DNA of 64,000 nucleotides from Lentisphaerales bacterium (lineage in GTDB: Bacteria; Verrucomicrobiota; Kiritimatiellia; SPBP01): NCBI GenBank assembly GCA_032123355.1, contig JAQBFM010000105.1, positions 10,692 to 74,691 on the forward strand. Direction: 5' to 3'. This document shows positions 9,084-19,128 of this stretch, one piece after another (positions within the stretch are counted from its first letter, which is position 1; each line of letters begins with the position of its first letter). The notes below the pieces were generated by a model that was given only the letters and a program-made list of their open reading frames with translations, searched no databases and was not told where the DNA came from. The translations under genes were made by a program, and so were the position numbers.

Positions 9084-12000
9084 CAAGACGGGTCATTCAG
9101 CATCAGGCCATTTCGGCATCGGCCGGGACCGGCAAGACGTATCAGCTTGCGCACCGGTATATACGGTTGATGGCCAATGACGTTGACCCCGACAGGATTT
9201 GTGCGCTCACGTTTTCAAGGAAAGCAGCCGGAGAGATATTCGAATCTATTATCAAGTACCTGGTGGAAGCCTCGACCGACGATGGTCGGGCGAAGCATAC
9301 CGCGTCAGAAATCAACACCCCGCGTTTCACGAAGGACGGGTTCCTCGGATTGCTCCGCGTGTTTACGGATAATCTGCAGCGACTTCACATCGGGACCCTG
9401 GATAGTTTTATCGTCGGAGTTGTCCGGGCATTTCCGAACGAGCTGGGAGTACCCCCCGACTTCCAGGTGCTCGATACCGGCGGTCCGTCGGCCGCTGAGT
9501 TGATGCAGTCCGTTCTCAGTCGCATATTCGATCCGCACTGCGTCGACAGGAAGGCGGCGGAAGAGTTTATGGAGGCGTTTGAACTCGCGACGTACGGTAG
9601 CGAAGAGAAGACGTTCGGCAGAATTCTCAGTGAATTCATTGTGAGCAACAGGCGCTGGTATCAGTTGTTGCCGGACGAGACACAATGGGGGAATCCTGAA
9701 ACAATCTGGCCGGATGGCACCGGGTGGATGCACGAGGTTAAGGACGTTGATGCTGCCGTAGCAGAACTGGATGAGCTCATTGTGAGCGGCCGGTTCTCCG
9801 GAAGATTCGAAACGGCTTTGAGGATGGTAATACAGACTGCCGCCGACTACACGGAATCGTCGCGGTGGGATCCGGCACTGGACAGGAGTGTCGTGTTCTC
9901 CAATCTCGTCCAGGATCCCGGCCTCGGCAAACGTGCGTTGAAGGTAAAGTACGGATCGTCGCAATTTGAATTCAACGCCAGGGAAAGCGGTCTGCTCGAA
10001 AGGATACTGCGGAATCTGATCAGTGTTGAGCTGAACCGGGGATTGAGACAGACACGAGGCATATACCGGGTGCTTGCGCAATACGAGAAGTTCTACGATG
10101 AGACCATGCGAAGGACGGGGAAGCTGACGTTCGACGATGCGCAGTACCTGTTGACTGAAGGCAATGCATATAGTGGTGGGCTGGTTCTGAGCCGGAAACG
10201 TGAAACCGAAGGCAGGCTCTACATAGACTACAGGTTGGATGCGCGGCTCGACCACTGGCTTATCGATGAGTTCCAGGACACCAGTGACCTGCAATGGGCA
10301 TCAATTCGGAACCTGATCCACGAACTGGTGCAGGATAATTCAGGACGCCGCAGTTTCTTCTACGTTGGCGACGTGAAGCAGGCCATACACGCATGGCGAG
10401 GCGGGAATTCCGATCTCTTCGGCCAGATCCTCGCACGGTACGGGAACGCAATCGGAGTCTCGCGGCTGGATACATCCTATCGTTCGTGCAGGACGGTGCT
10501 GGATGTCGTCAACAAAGTCTTCGGCGGACTTGATAAGAAGGGTGGCTCTCCACCCGGAGCAGCGGACAAATGGAACGCCATCTGGCAGGAACACAAGAGT
10601 CATGAGAAGATAGCGGATCAGCCTGGATTTGTCGCGTTGGTCGAGCCGGCACTCGGAGAAGGCGGCGAGAAGCCCGGCCCCGACGACATACGTCGGTTGA
10701 CGGCGAGGGTCCTTCAGGAGATCGATCCGGTGCGGCGTGGCATCGAAGTTGCCGTGCTTGTGAGAACGAACAATGAAGGTCGGGCCGTGGCGGATTATCT
10801 AAGGCGTGAATGTCCGACACTGCCGGTGGTGCATGAAGGAGTGGCCGCTATCAACGACGATATGGTCGTCTCGCTGCTTCTTGCGTTAGTCAAGTTCGCC
10901 GGGCATCCCGGGGACGAGCGGTCATGGCGCTGCCTGCAGATGAGCCCGCTGAGCAAACACGTTGCGGACAGGCAAACTGCATGCCTGGCGATGCTGGAAT
11001 CCATACATCGTGATGGCTTCCGCCTTTTCCTGAAGGAGTGGGGGAAGCGGCTCAATAGCGAAGTCGGGTTGAATCCCTATGGGCAAAAGCGGCTCGCAGA
11101 CTTGCTTGATGCGGCCGAGGATTTCGAAGCCTCAGGGAGTGTTGAGTGCAGTGAATTCGTACGATTCATAGATGAGTACATGATTCATGAGACGGCAGGG
11201 AGCAACGCGGTACGCGTGATGACTGTTCATCAGTCTAAGGGATTGGGGTTTGACGCAGTGATTCTGCCCCAGCTTATGCAATGGGGTTCCGGAAAATCCG
11301 GCATCATGCTGGGTCGCAATAGCGAGAACCTGCCCGTCTGGACGTTGCGGATGCCCAGGAAAGCAGTTGCGGCGCAGGATGAGGTGCTGCGCACACAACT
11401 TGAGGACACTGCCAATGCGGCGTTCTTTGAGGATCTCTGCGGGCTCTACGTGGGAATGACCCGCGCGAAGCAGGCACTTTACATGGTTACCAGTTATCCC
11501 GGCAAGAGTTCGAAAGCATTTACCGCGGCAGCATTTCTGAAAGAACGGTTGCTGGGCTGCACAAACCCCGAGAGTGGGCCAGACGGTGAGATCGCCGGAG
11601 AACAGTGCGGGATTCTTTATGAGCACGGCGACAGAGGGTGGTTCGAGATGAGCAGGATAGCAGACGAACAGCGAACAGCAGAACCGACGGCAACGTTACC
11701 CCATGACTTTTGCAGGAAGCAATCATCAACCCGTCGGGCGGAGCGTATAGAGCCTTCGGGTGAAGAAGAAATAGTTGTTGATGCAGCCGGGCTGTTCAAT
11801 CCTGAGTCGGCGGATATTCGAGAGTTCGGCATAGTCATACATGAACTGTTTCAGAAGGTTGAATGGATTGGCGAGACTGACGTAACTGCAATAATAGATG
11901 AGTGGCAGAAGACTACTTCGGTTACAGGAAGAGTGAAGGAAGACGTCTGTAAGCAGTTCAAATTGTGCATGGAAGCCGAAGAAATACGCGGTTGTCTTTC

Positions 12001-12325
12001 AAGGCCGGGAGACAATGTGGAACTGTGGCGCGAGAAGGGATTCGAGACGTTCGTCAACGGTCGTCTCATGGCTGGAACATTCGACCGTGTAATCATCTTC
12101 AAGGATGAGCATGGCCGCGCGGTGAAGGCACGGATCATCGACTACAAAAGCAGCTTGGTCGATTCGAATGATTTGTCCGCGATGAAGAGTAGAAGCGGAC
12201 GCTATGCTCCGCAGATGAAAGCCTATCGCGACGCGCTGTCCAGGATCCTCAGGCTTGAGTCTGAGAGTATCGAGCTTCTTCTTCTCTTCACTCGCATTCA
12301 GCGAGCACATGTCATGCAGGCGTGA
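9080..12325 (+). CDS. UvrD/AddA-like ATP-dependent helicase with a C-terminal PD-(D/E)xK nuclease domain
   Basis: 1081 aa. Walker A 'ASAGTGKT', 'LIDEFQDTS' DExx box, and C-terminal 'ARIIDYKSS' nuclease motif. Confidence 0.85.
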   Translation: MTRRVIQHQAISASAGTGKTYQLAHRYIRLMANDVDPDRICALTFSRKAAGEIFESIIKYLVEASTDDGRAKHTASEINTPRFTKDGFLGLLRVFTDNLQRLHIGTLDSFIVGVVRAFPNELGVPPDFQVLDTGGPSAAELMQSVLSRIFDPHCVDRKAAEEFMEAFELATYGSEEKTFGRILSEFIVSNRRWYQLLPDETQWGNPETIWPDGTGWMHEVKDVDAAVAELDELIVSGRFSGRFETALRMVIQTAADYTESSRWDPALDRSVVFSNLVQDPGLGKRALKVKYGSSQFEFNARESGLLERILRNLISVELNRGLRQTRGIYRVLAQYEKFYDETMRRTGKLTFDDAQYLLTEGNAYSGGLVLSRKRETEGRLYIDYRLDARLDHWLIDEFQDTSDLQWASIRNLIHELVQDNSGRRSFFYVGDVKQAIHAWRGGNSDLFGQILARYGNAIGVSRLDTSYRSCRTVLDVVNKVFGGLDKKGGSPPGAADKWNAIWQEHKSHEKIADQPGFVALVEPALGEGGEKPGPDDIRRLTARVLQEIDPVRRGIEVAVLVRTNNEGRAVADYLRRECPTLPVVHEGVAAINDDMVVSLLLALVKFAGHPGDERSWRCLQMSPLSKHVADRQTACLAMLESIHRDGFRLFLKEWGKRLNSEVGLNPYGQKRLADLLDAAEDFEASGSVECSEFVRFIDEYMIHETAGSNAVRVMTVHQSKGLGFDAVILPQLMQWGSGKSGIMLGRNSENLPVWTLRMPRKAVAAQDEVLRTQLEDTANAAFFEDLCGLYVGMTRAKQALYMVTSYPGKSSKAFTAAAFLKERLLGCTNPESGPDGEIAGEQCGILYEHGDRGWFEMSRIADEQRTAEPTATLPHDFCRKQSSTRRAERIEPSGEEEIVVDAAGLFNPESADIREFGIVIHELFQKVEWIGETDVTAIIDEWQKTTSVTGRVKEDVCKQFKLCMEAEEIRGCLSRPGDNVELWREKGFETFVNGRLMAGTFDRVIIFKDEHGRAVKARIIDYKSSLVDSNDLSAMKSRSGRYAPQMKAYRDALSRILRLESESIELLLLFTRIQRAHVMQA

Positions 12326-12581
12326 GCAGCCACAGCCTGATCATTCCTACTGACCCCGGGGCATGCGCAAATGGCCGACTATAGGGTCTTGTCCATGGCG
12401 GTTTCTCCTACATACCCACACACTCACATAAGCACGCACGTATGAGGTGGGGAAGCGTGGTTGACAGTGGGCAAGTCGAGTCGTCGTTGGGGTCAGGTTC
12501 TGCTGCTGATTCGGGCCGTTTTCGGGGCTGAACGCCCAGTCCGGACTCCTTTAGAAATCCCTAGAAAGATTGAACTTTTTG

Positions 12582-12609
12582 TTGACGGTGGGTCAAAATG
12601 GTGTAAAGT
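12582..12609 (+). promoter_or_regulatory. sigma70-like promoter for mraZ and the dcw cluster (TTGACG, 16 nt, TAAAGT)
   Basis: TTGACG at 12582-12587 and TAAAGT at 12604-12609. An SD-like AAGGTG at 12617-12622 precedes the GTG at 12628. Confidence 0.35.
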
Positions 12610-12627
12610 GTCAAACCAAGGTGCAAT

Positions 12628-13107
12628 GTGGTGGATAAAGTGGACAGTGGTGGTCAGGAGCAGCTGACGGAATCGGTTTTTGTTGGATCGTTCGAGCATT
12701 CGCTCGATCCCAAAAGAAGACTGACAATTCCGTCCGATTGGCGTGCCCAGGTCATAGGGCGGGGAAGCCTTTACGTTCTGCCGGCAGTCGACGAGAAATG
12801 TCTCTCCGTCCTGCCCGTCCGTGAAATGACTCGGCGACTCGGTAGCATCGGTCACCACTCTATTGCAGACAGAAAAGCGCGTGAGTTTTCTCGAGTGCTT
12901 GCATCGCGCTCCGATCTTCTCTCGTGGGACTCGCAGGGGCGGATACGGATCAAGGACGATATGCTCGACGCGGTCGGGATTAAGGAGTCGGTCGTCCTGC
13001 TGGGTAATTTCTGGTTCTTCGAATTGTGGGCGCCGGCAGTGTTGAAGAAGTCCGGCGTGCTGGAACAGGCAAACATTGAAGACGCGGTGCGCCACGTAGG
13101 GTTCTAA
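12628..13107 (+). CDS. mraZ: transcriptional regulator MraZ
   Basis: 'VFVGSFEHSLDPKRRLTIP' and a second 'WDSQGRIRIKDDML' half, the two MraZ/SpoVT-AbrB repeats. First gene of the dcw cluster. GTG start; the exact start is uncertain. Confidence 0.85.
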   Translation: MVDKVDSGGQEQLTESVFVGSFEHSLDPKRRLTIPSDWRAQVIGRGSLYVLPAVDEKCLSVLPVREMTRRLGSIGHHSIADRKAREFSRVLASRSDLLSWDSQGRIRIKDDMLDAVGIKESVVLLGNFWFFELWAPAVLKKSGVLEQANIEDAVRHVGF

Positions 13108-13120
13108 GCAGAAACGACGG

Positions 13121-14074
13121 GTGACCGGCGGGCGGGGGATGAGCAACGAAATCATTCACAAGTCGGTATTGGCCGATGAGGTGCTGGAACTGCTGCGCCC
13201 GGAGGCCGGTGGGGTATTCGTTGATGGAACGATCGGATCCGGCGGGCATGCTGAATTGATTCTGGAATGTATTGGCTCCACTGGTGTGCTGCTTGGGATT
13301 GACCGCGACAAAGAGGCAATCGAGAGAACGAGGCGGCGACTGAAGAAGTTTGGCAAACAGTGCGAATTCGAAACGGAAGACTTTTCGGAAATCGCGGAGA
13401 TTGCCGAACGACATTCAGTGACTGAAGTGGACGGAGTCCTGCTGGATCTGGGCGTCTCGTCGGAGCAACTGACAGATGCACACAGGGGATTTAGCTTTTC
13501 ACGCGAGGGACCTCTGGACATGAGGATGAACGTCGACGGTGATCTGACGGCATCGGACCTGGTGAACGGGCTGGATGTCGACGAATTGAGGCGGGTTATC
13601 CGGGAGTTTGGCGAGGAACGGGCCTCGGGCCGGATAGCAAGGGCGATTGTGAGGGCCAGATCGGATGGAACGATCAAATCGACAGTGCAACTGGCGGAGA
13701 TCATCGCGAAGGCGAAGGGTGGCAGGCGCGGCAAGATTCACCCTGCTACAAAGACTTTTCAGGCACTCAGAATAGCGGTTAACCGGGAACTCGATTCTCT
13801 TAGGCGAGGGCTGGAAGGAGCGTTGCGGATCCTGAAGCAGGGCGGAAGGTTGGGAGTCATCTCGTTCCACAGCCTTGAAGACAGGATCGTGAAGCAATTA
13901 TTCAGAGAGCACGCGGGAGTTGAAGAGTCGTTGCAGGAAGGGGGGTCGGTTTTGAGGAGGAAGGAGCCCGGGGTGAGGCTGCTTAATCGCAAACCGATAG
14001 TCGCGGACGAGTTGGGAATCCGCGAGAACCCACGGGCGCGCAGTGCGAAATTGAGGGCGGTTGCAAGAATCTAA
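13121..14074 (+). CDS. rsmH: 16S rRNA (cytosine1402-N4)-methyltransferase RsmH
   Basis: 'VDGTIGSGGH' SAM motif. Sits right after mraZ. GTG at 13121; alternative ATG at 13139. Confidence 0.9.
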   Translation: MTGGRGMSNEIIHKSVLADEVLELLRPEAGGVFVDGTIGSGGHAELILECIGSTGVLLGIDRDKEAIERTRRRLKKFGKQCEFETEDFSEIAEIAERHSVTEVDGVLLDLGVSSEQLTDAHRGFSFSREGPLDMRMNVDGDLTASDLVNGLDVDELRRVIREFGEERASGRIARAIVRARSDGTIKSTVQLAEIIAKAKGGRRGKIHPATKTFQALRIAVNRELDSLRRGLEGALRILKQGGRLGVISFHSLEDRIVKQLFREHAGVEESLQEGGSVLRRKEPGVRLLNRKPIVADELGIRENPRARSAKLRAVARI

Positions 14075-14093
14075 CCACGAAGGAGGACATCTC

Positions 14094-14468
14094 GTGCCAA
14101 AGAATCGAAAGAAATCGAAGAAGGAAGGATACATTGTTCCTCTGCCGTTCACAGCAGTGATGGTCGGTGCGGCCATATTGTCCTTGGCCTACCTCAGGAT
14201 AGACGGGAAGTGCGATGAACTTGGCGCCAACTTGAAAACGCTGGAGACCCAGACCCGGGAGTTGCGCAGAAAGTGTCTGTACGAGGAATCGTGCTGGGCG
14301 AGGATGAAATCGCCACGGGGTCTTGACGAAGCGCTACGGCGCTGGAATCTCCAGATGGACTGGCCGCGCAGCGACCAGATTGTCCGCCTGAGCCGCGCAG
14401 ATGTGAAGGACGCGCTTGAGGAAGGGCTCAGAGAGAACCGACCGCAGTATGCTCAGATGAGAAGGTAG
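14094..14468 (+). CDS. ftsL: cell division protein FtsL-like (small bitopic membrane protein)
   Basis: Lies between rsmH and ftsI. Has a basic N-terminus, one transmembrane segment (FTAVMVGAAILSLAYL) and a coiled-coil tail. AGGAGG at 14081-14086, then GTG at 14094. Confidence 0.6.
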   Translation: MPKNRKKSKKEGYIVPLPFTAVMVGAAILSLAYLRIDGKCDELGANLKTLETQTRELRRKCLYEESCWARMKSPRGLDEALRRWNLQMDWPRSDQIVRLSRADVKDALEEGLRENRPQYAQMRR

Positions 14469-14472
14469 CCCC

Positions 14473-16206
14473 ATGATTGAACGACGCAGTACAAGTCGAA
14501 TTGTCTTTGTGTCTATATTTGTGCTGTTGGTGATGGGCGGTCTTGCATATCGACTTCTTTCTCTCCATCTCGGCATCTCAGCGACGGACCGCGATCATGT
14601 TGCTCGCATTCGCCGTGTAGAAAGACTGCTTCGCGAAAGGCGAGGACGGATCTACGACGGAAGTCGCGATGCCAACATTCTGGCCCTGGACCTAGAAGTC
14701 AAAGATGTCATAGCGGATCCTTCAATCCTGCTCGCCAATAATGAACTGGAACTGGCTACGGAACAGATTGCGGAGGTCGCAGGTCTCGATGAAGCCGAGG
14801 TGATGGGTGCACTGGATCGCCCGGGCAGGAGATATGCGCGGGTCTGTCGCAACATGCAGGACGAACAAAGCGAGGCAATCAGGGACCTGGGGTTAAGAGG
14901 GATCTCACTTCGTGACGCGACGAAGCGTTATTATCCGCACAATTCCTTTATGTGTCATGTCATTGGATTCCTGAACGGTGAAGGTGTTGGGGGAAGTGGC
15001 GTCGAACAGGGAATGAACGGATTTCTTCGAGGCTGTCCGGGTCTGGTTGAAAGCGTTGTGGATGGGCGGCGGCGCGAGCTCTACGACCGAAGGGTGCAGG
15101 ATATCCCGGCGAAGACAGGCGCAGACATCTGTCTTACCTTGGATCAGAACGTTCAGTACATGGCCGAGAGGGCGCTGGATGAGGTCATGGAACGGCACGG
15201 GGCAAAAGGGGCGTGGGTGATCGTCGAACGTGTCCGTACCGGGGAAATCGTTGCTATGGCGAGCCGGCCGTCATACGACCTGAACGATTTCGGAGCCGCG
15301 AGTCAGGAAGAACTGTTGAACCGCGCGATCGGTTTTGTTTACGAACCCGGATCAACAATGAAAGCACTGAGCATTGCGGCAGCGTTAAACGAGCGAATTG
15401 CCGAGAGGGATACGATTCTCAATTGTGAAGACGGAGCGTGGCTTCACCAAGGCAAAGTGCTCAGGGACTATCATCCCTACGGGAGGTTGACGGTTGCCGA
15501 CATCGTGAAGAAGTCGAGCAACATCGGGACCGCGAAACTAACGGTCTCGCTTGGCGCTCAGAAACTCTCGGAATACCTGACTCGGTTCGGCATCGGTTCG
15601 AAGACGGGCATCGATCTGCCGGGTGAAGAACAGGGCATTCTCCATCCTGTTCGGAGATGGTCAAGGATATCGTGTTCACGGATAGGCATAGGCCAGGGTG
15701 TTTCCGTTACTGCTCTCCAGATGTTGAACGCTCTGTGCGCGATTGCAAATGATGGAGTAGTCATGCGTCCTTACATTGTCAGCCGGGTCGTCAGCAGCGA
15801 CGGGGTGGTTTTGCACGAGGGACGTCCGAAAGAAGTGGGAAGGGCAATCAGCTCGCAAACCGCATCGATCATGAGGCAGTTGCTCTCGAGGGTTACGGAA
15901 GCCGGTGGAACGGGGACGCGCGCCAGGGTACGGAACTACTCTGTGGCAGGCAAGACCGGCACCGCGCAGAAGCCAATTGACGGAGGATACTCATCAAGCG
16001 CTTACGTTGCCTCCTTCGTGGGTTTTGTTCCGGCCGACGCCCCGGAACTTGGGATCATAGTCGTGGTAGACGAGCCTCAACCTTTGCACACAGGCGGTGT
16101 TGTTGCAGCCCCAGCATTCTCCACGATCGCGTCTGAGGCGTTGAGCTATTTCGATATTCCGGTGCCTCGTATTCACGACGGAACGGAGATTGCCAGCACG
16201 CACTGA
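14473..16206 (+). CDS. ftsI: peptidoglycan D,D-transpeptidase FtsI (class B PBP)
   Basis: STMK, SSN and KTGT(A) penicillin-binding motifs with an N-terminal membrane anchor. Confidence 0.9.
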   Translation: MIERRSTSRIVFVSIFVLLVMGGLAYRLLSLHLGISATDRDHVARIRRVERLLRERRGRIYDGSRDANILALDLEVKDVIADPSILLANNELELATEQIAEVAGLDEAEVMGALDRPGRRYARVCRNMQDEQSEAIRDLGLRGISLRDATKRYYPHNSFMCHVIGFLNGEGVGGSGVEQGMNGFLRGCPGLVESVVDGRRRELYDRRVQDIPAKTGADICLTLDQNVQYMAERALDEVMERHGAKGAWVIVERVRTGEIVAMASRPSYDLNDFGAASQEELLNRAIGFVYEPGSTMKALSIAAALNERIAERDTILNCEDGAWLHQGKVLRDYHPYGRLTVADIVKKSSNIGTAKLTVSLGAQKLSEYLTRFGIGSKTGIDLPGEEQGILHPVRRWSRISCSRIGIGQGVSVTALQMLNALCAIANDGVVMRPYIVSRVVSSDGVVLHEGRPKEVGRAISSQTASIMRQLLSRVTEAGGTGTRARVRNYSVAGKTGTAQKPIDGGYSSSAYVASFVGFVPADAPELGIIVVVDEPQPLHTGGVVAAPAFSTIASEALSYFDIPVPRIHDGTEIASTH

Positions 16207-16270
16207 TTCATTTCCGCAGCTCCGTCGGACAGCTGGAAGTCGAATGTATGGGGGGGGAGAAAAGGGCACC

Positions 16271-17743
16271 ATGAAACTCGCTGAAATGCTTTCGGGACTT
16301 GCTTCGCCGAAGTGCACGCACGAAACCGCTGCAATCAACATTTCGGGTGTCTCCTGCGATTCGCGTCAGGTTAAACCCGGCCATCTATTTATTGCCTTTC
16401 GCGGAACCAGCCTGGACGGCAAGGAGTTTGTCAACGATGCCGTGACGCGTGGTGCGGCGGCTGTGCTTTCCGATGGGCCCATCGGTGGACATCAGCATCT
16501 GCCACAGATACATGTTGATGATGCACGCGCTGCACTTGGCGAGCTGGCAGCCAGTTTCTACGGCCGACCATCGAGGCGACTTGAAGTGGTCGGTATTACC
16601 GGCACCAACGGAAAGACTACTGTTGCGTTCCTGACTCGCCACATTCTTGAAATGGCCGGAAGAACAACGGGTCTCATCAGCACGGTGCGTTACGAAATAG
16701 GCGCACGCACGATTCCAGCATCAAGGACAACGCCGGATGCGATCGGTATTCAACGGATGATGTCGGAAATGTTACAGGTCGGCTGCACTGCTGCCGTGAT
16801 TGAAGTGTCGTCGCATGGCATTGATCAGAAACGTGTGTGTGGCACAGATTTCGATGTGCGAGTGTTCACGAACCTGTCGCGCGACCACCTGGACTATCAT
16901 GTCGGCATGGACGACTATTTCAATTCGAAGGCGGCATTTTTTGAGATGCCGGAAAGTGGGTCGAAGTCCGTGACCTCCGTGTGCAATACAGACGATCCGT
17001 GGGGACGGAAGTTGGTTGAGCGAATTCGCGGGAAGGGAACGTGCGTGACGTTCGGAATCGACGGTGGCTCCAGTGTATGTGCGAGAGACGTCCATCTCAG
17101 CAGACGAGGGAGCGAGTTCGAGATGATCAGTCCGTGGGGACGAGCCCATGTGAAATGCGCTATGATGGGTCGGTTCAACGTCAGCAACGCACTTGCGGCG
17201 GCAGCCGCGTGTGGCGCTCTGGGTGTGGAACCATCGGTCATTGGCGAGGCCCTGTCAACAGGTTGCCGGGTTCCCGGCCGTCTGGAGGAGGTGTCAACGG
17301 GCAAAGGATTTCGAGTTTACGTGGATTATGCTCATACCGATGATGCATTAAGAAGTGTACTGACCGCGATTCGCGAAACGGGGCCAGCGCGCATCATAGC
17401 TGTGTTCGGATGCGGGGGAAACAGGGACAAGACAAAGCGTCCAGTAATGGGGGAAGTGGCTGCGCAAATGGCCGACCACACGATACTAACGTCGGACAAT
17501 CCGCGGCGCGAGAATCCGATTGAGATCATCGAACAGATACGCGAAGGATTCGGCACAAATGGGAACTTCGAGGTCATCGAAGACCGCGCGGCAGCGATTC
17601 GGCAAGCATTGAGTCTGGCGAAGAAGGGCGACGTGGTGCTGATCGCCGGCAAAGGGCACGAGACATTCCAGGAGCTTGCGAACACGACAGTTCCCTTCGA
17701 TGACAGACAGGTGGTCAAGAACATGGTGGGTGAGGAGAAGTAA
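16271..17743 (+). CDS. murE: UDP-N-acetylmuramoyl-L-alanyl-D-glutamate--2,6-diaminopimelate ligase
   Basis: 'GITGTNGKTT' P-loop, Mur ligase domains and the DNPR motif. ATG at 16271 is preferred over the ORF start at 16190. Confidence 0.9.
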   Translation: MKLAEMLSGLASPKCTHETAAINISGVSCDSRQVKPGHLFIAFRGTSLDGKEFVNDAVTRGAAAVLSDGPIGGHQHLPQIHVDDARAALGELAASFYGRPSRRLEVVGITGTNGKTTVAFLTRHILEMAGRTTGLISTVRYEIGARTIPASRTTPDAIGIQRMMSEMLQVGCTAAVIEVSSHGIDQKRVCGTDFDVRVFTNLSRDHLDYHVGMDDYFNSKAAFFEMPESGSKSVTSVCNTDDPWGRKLVERIRGKGTCVTFGIDGGSSVCARDVHLSRRGSEFEMISPWGRAHVKCAMMGRFNVSNALAAAAACGALGVEPSVIGEALSTGCRVPGRLEEVSTGKGFRVYVDYAHTDDALRSVLTAIRETGPARIIAVFGCGGNRDKTKRPVMGEVAAQMADHTILTSDNPRRENPIEIIEQIREGFGTNGNFEVIEDRAAAIRQALSLAKKGDVVLIAGKGHETFQELANTTVPFDDRQVVKNMVGEEK

Positions 17744-19128
17744 TGCCGGAATTTCAGGCAACGGACCTGGCTGAATGGGCGCATGGCAAGTGGAGTCCTA
17801 CGGCTCCAAGGCGGGTTGCGGGGGTATCAAGCGATACTCGCACGTTGGAGCCGGAGAACGTGTTCGTAGCGTTGCGCGGGCCGAATCATGACGGCCACAG
17901 TTTCGTAGACGAGGCACTGAAGTGTGGCGCCGCTGCTGCGATCGTCGAAGCGGAATCGGGTTACACTGCGGCCCGGGCCGGTGGTTGTCTGCTGCTGGTG
18001 GACGATACATTGATCGCGTTGCAGCGGATGGCAGGTTGCTATAGGGCCGGCCTTAGCGTTGAAACGGTGGCCGTGTCGGGGAGCGCTGGGAAGACAACGG
18101 TTAAGGAAATGACGGCCGCCATGTTGAAGTACGGAGGCCCGGTGGCTCGCTCGAAGGGGAACCTGAATAACCATGTGGGCGTTCCGCTGAGCCTGCTTGC
18201 CGTAGAGCCGGGTGACTGGGGAGGGGTCTTCGAGGTAGGAATGAATCATCCGGGCGAACTTCGTCCACTCTGCGAAATGATCCGCCCGCGTTGGGGCATC
18301 ATCACGAATGTCGGTCCGGCACATGTCGAGTGTTTTGAATCGATCAGCGCCATTGCCGAGGAGAAGTCTGAGGTGCTCAGAGCGCTGCCCGCCGACGGCA
18401 CCGCCGTTCTTGATGCGGACGGCGATTACTTCGATGTGCTGTGTCGTGCGGTGAGTTGTCGTCTTATAACCGTCGCCATAGGCAAGGATGCGGACTATGT
18501 TGCCGTGCCCGACGGCACGCGTGAAGGACAAATAGCGATCACGGAAAGATCCAGCGGCGAGCGGGTTGCGGTGAAGATGAGTATTCCGGGGGAGCACAAC
18601 ATTCGTAACGCTCTGCTGAGCACGGCAGTTGCACGTGGTTGGGGTATTGGATGGAAGGATATCGGTGCAGCTCTCGAATCCTACAGGTCACTGCCGAACA
18701 GATGGATCGTAGAGAATGTTCGTGGAGTCACGATTATTAATGACGCTTACAATGCCAACCCCCTGAGCATGCGCGCGGCAATTGACAGTTTTGGGGAGAT
18801 GAAAACAGGCGGTCGCAAGTGGCTTGTATTCGCAGGCATGCTGGAGTTGGGATCGAGCGAGGAACGGGAGCACATCGAAATCGGCCGATATGCCGGAAGT
18901 GGGCCATGGGCCGGGGTAATAACTGTTGGCGAGCTGGGCAAGCTGATTGCCGACGGCATGGTGGAGGCCGGCTTCAATCCGGGACAGGTGATAAGGTGCG
19001 CGGATAATGAAGCTACGGTCGAGACGTTAGCCGGTCTACTTGAGGCCGGCGACGCTGCCTTATTGAAGGGGTCGCGCGCCATGCGGCTTGAGGAGGTACG
19101 GGATCGTTATGTTCTACTATCTGTATGA
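17743..19128 (+). CDS. murF: UDP-N-acetylmuramoyl-tripeptide--D-alanyl-D-alanine ligase
   Basis: 'VSGSAGKTT' P-loop. Positioned between murE and mraY. Confidence 0.9.
   Translation: MPEFQATDLAEWAHGKWSPTAPRRVAGVSSDTRTLEPENVFVALRGPNHDGHSFVDEALKCGAAAAIVEAESGYTAARAGGCLLLVDDTLIALQRMAGCYRAGLSVETVAVSGSAGKTTVKEMTAAMLKYGGPVARSKGNLNNHVGVPLSLLAVEPGDWGGVFEVGMNHPGELRPLCEMIRPRWGIITNVGPAHVECFESISAIAEEKSEVLRALPADGTAVLDADGDYFDVLCRAVSCRLITVAIGKDADYVAVPDGTREGQIAITERSSGERVAVKMSIPGEHNIRNALLSTAVARGWGIGWKDIGAALESYRSLPNRWIVENVRGVTIINDAYNANPLSMRAAIDSFGEMKTGGRKWLVFAGMLELGSSEEREHIEIGRYAGSGPWAGVITVGELGKLIADGMVEAGFNPGQVIRCADNEATVETLAGLLEAGDAALLKGSRAMRLEEVRDRYVLLSV

Noticed and set aside
12620-12660. GTGG-containing repeats spaced about 10 bp apart (gtggtgg / aagtgg / cagtggtgg) resembling MraZ-box direct repeats
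   Set aside because: They lie inside the most likely mraZ coding start (GTG 12628 after SD AAGGTG) rather than upstream of the promoter, so they are probably coincidental codon content.
12493-13155. 220-aa minus-strand ORF overlapping mraZ, and similar ORFs (799-1353 minus, 1586-2068 minus, 7413-8342 minus)
   Set aside because: They are antisense to confidently assigned conserved genes and have no recognisable domains.
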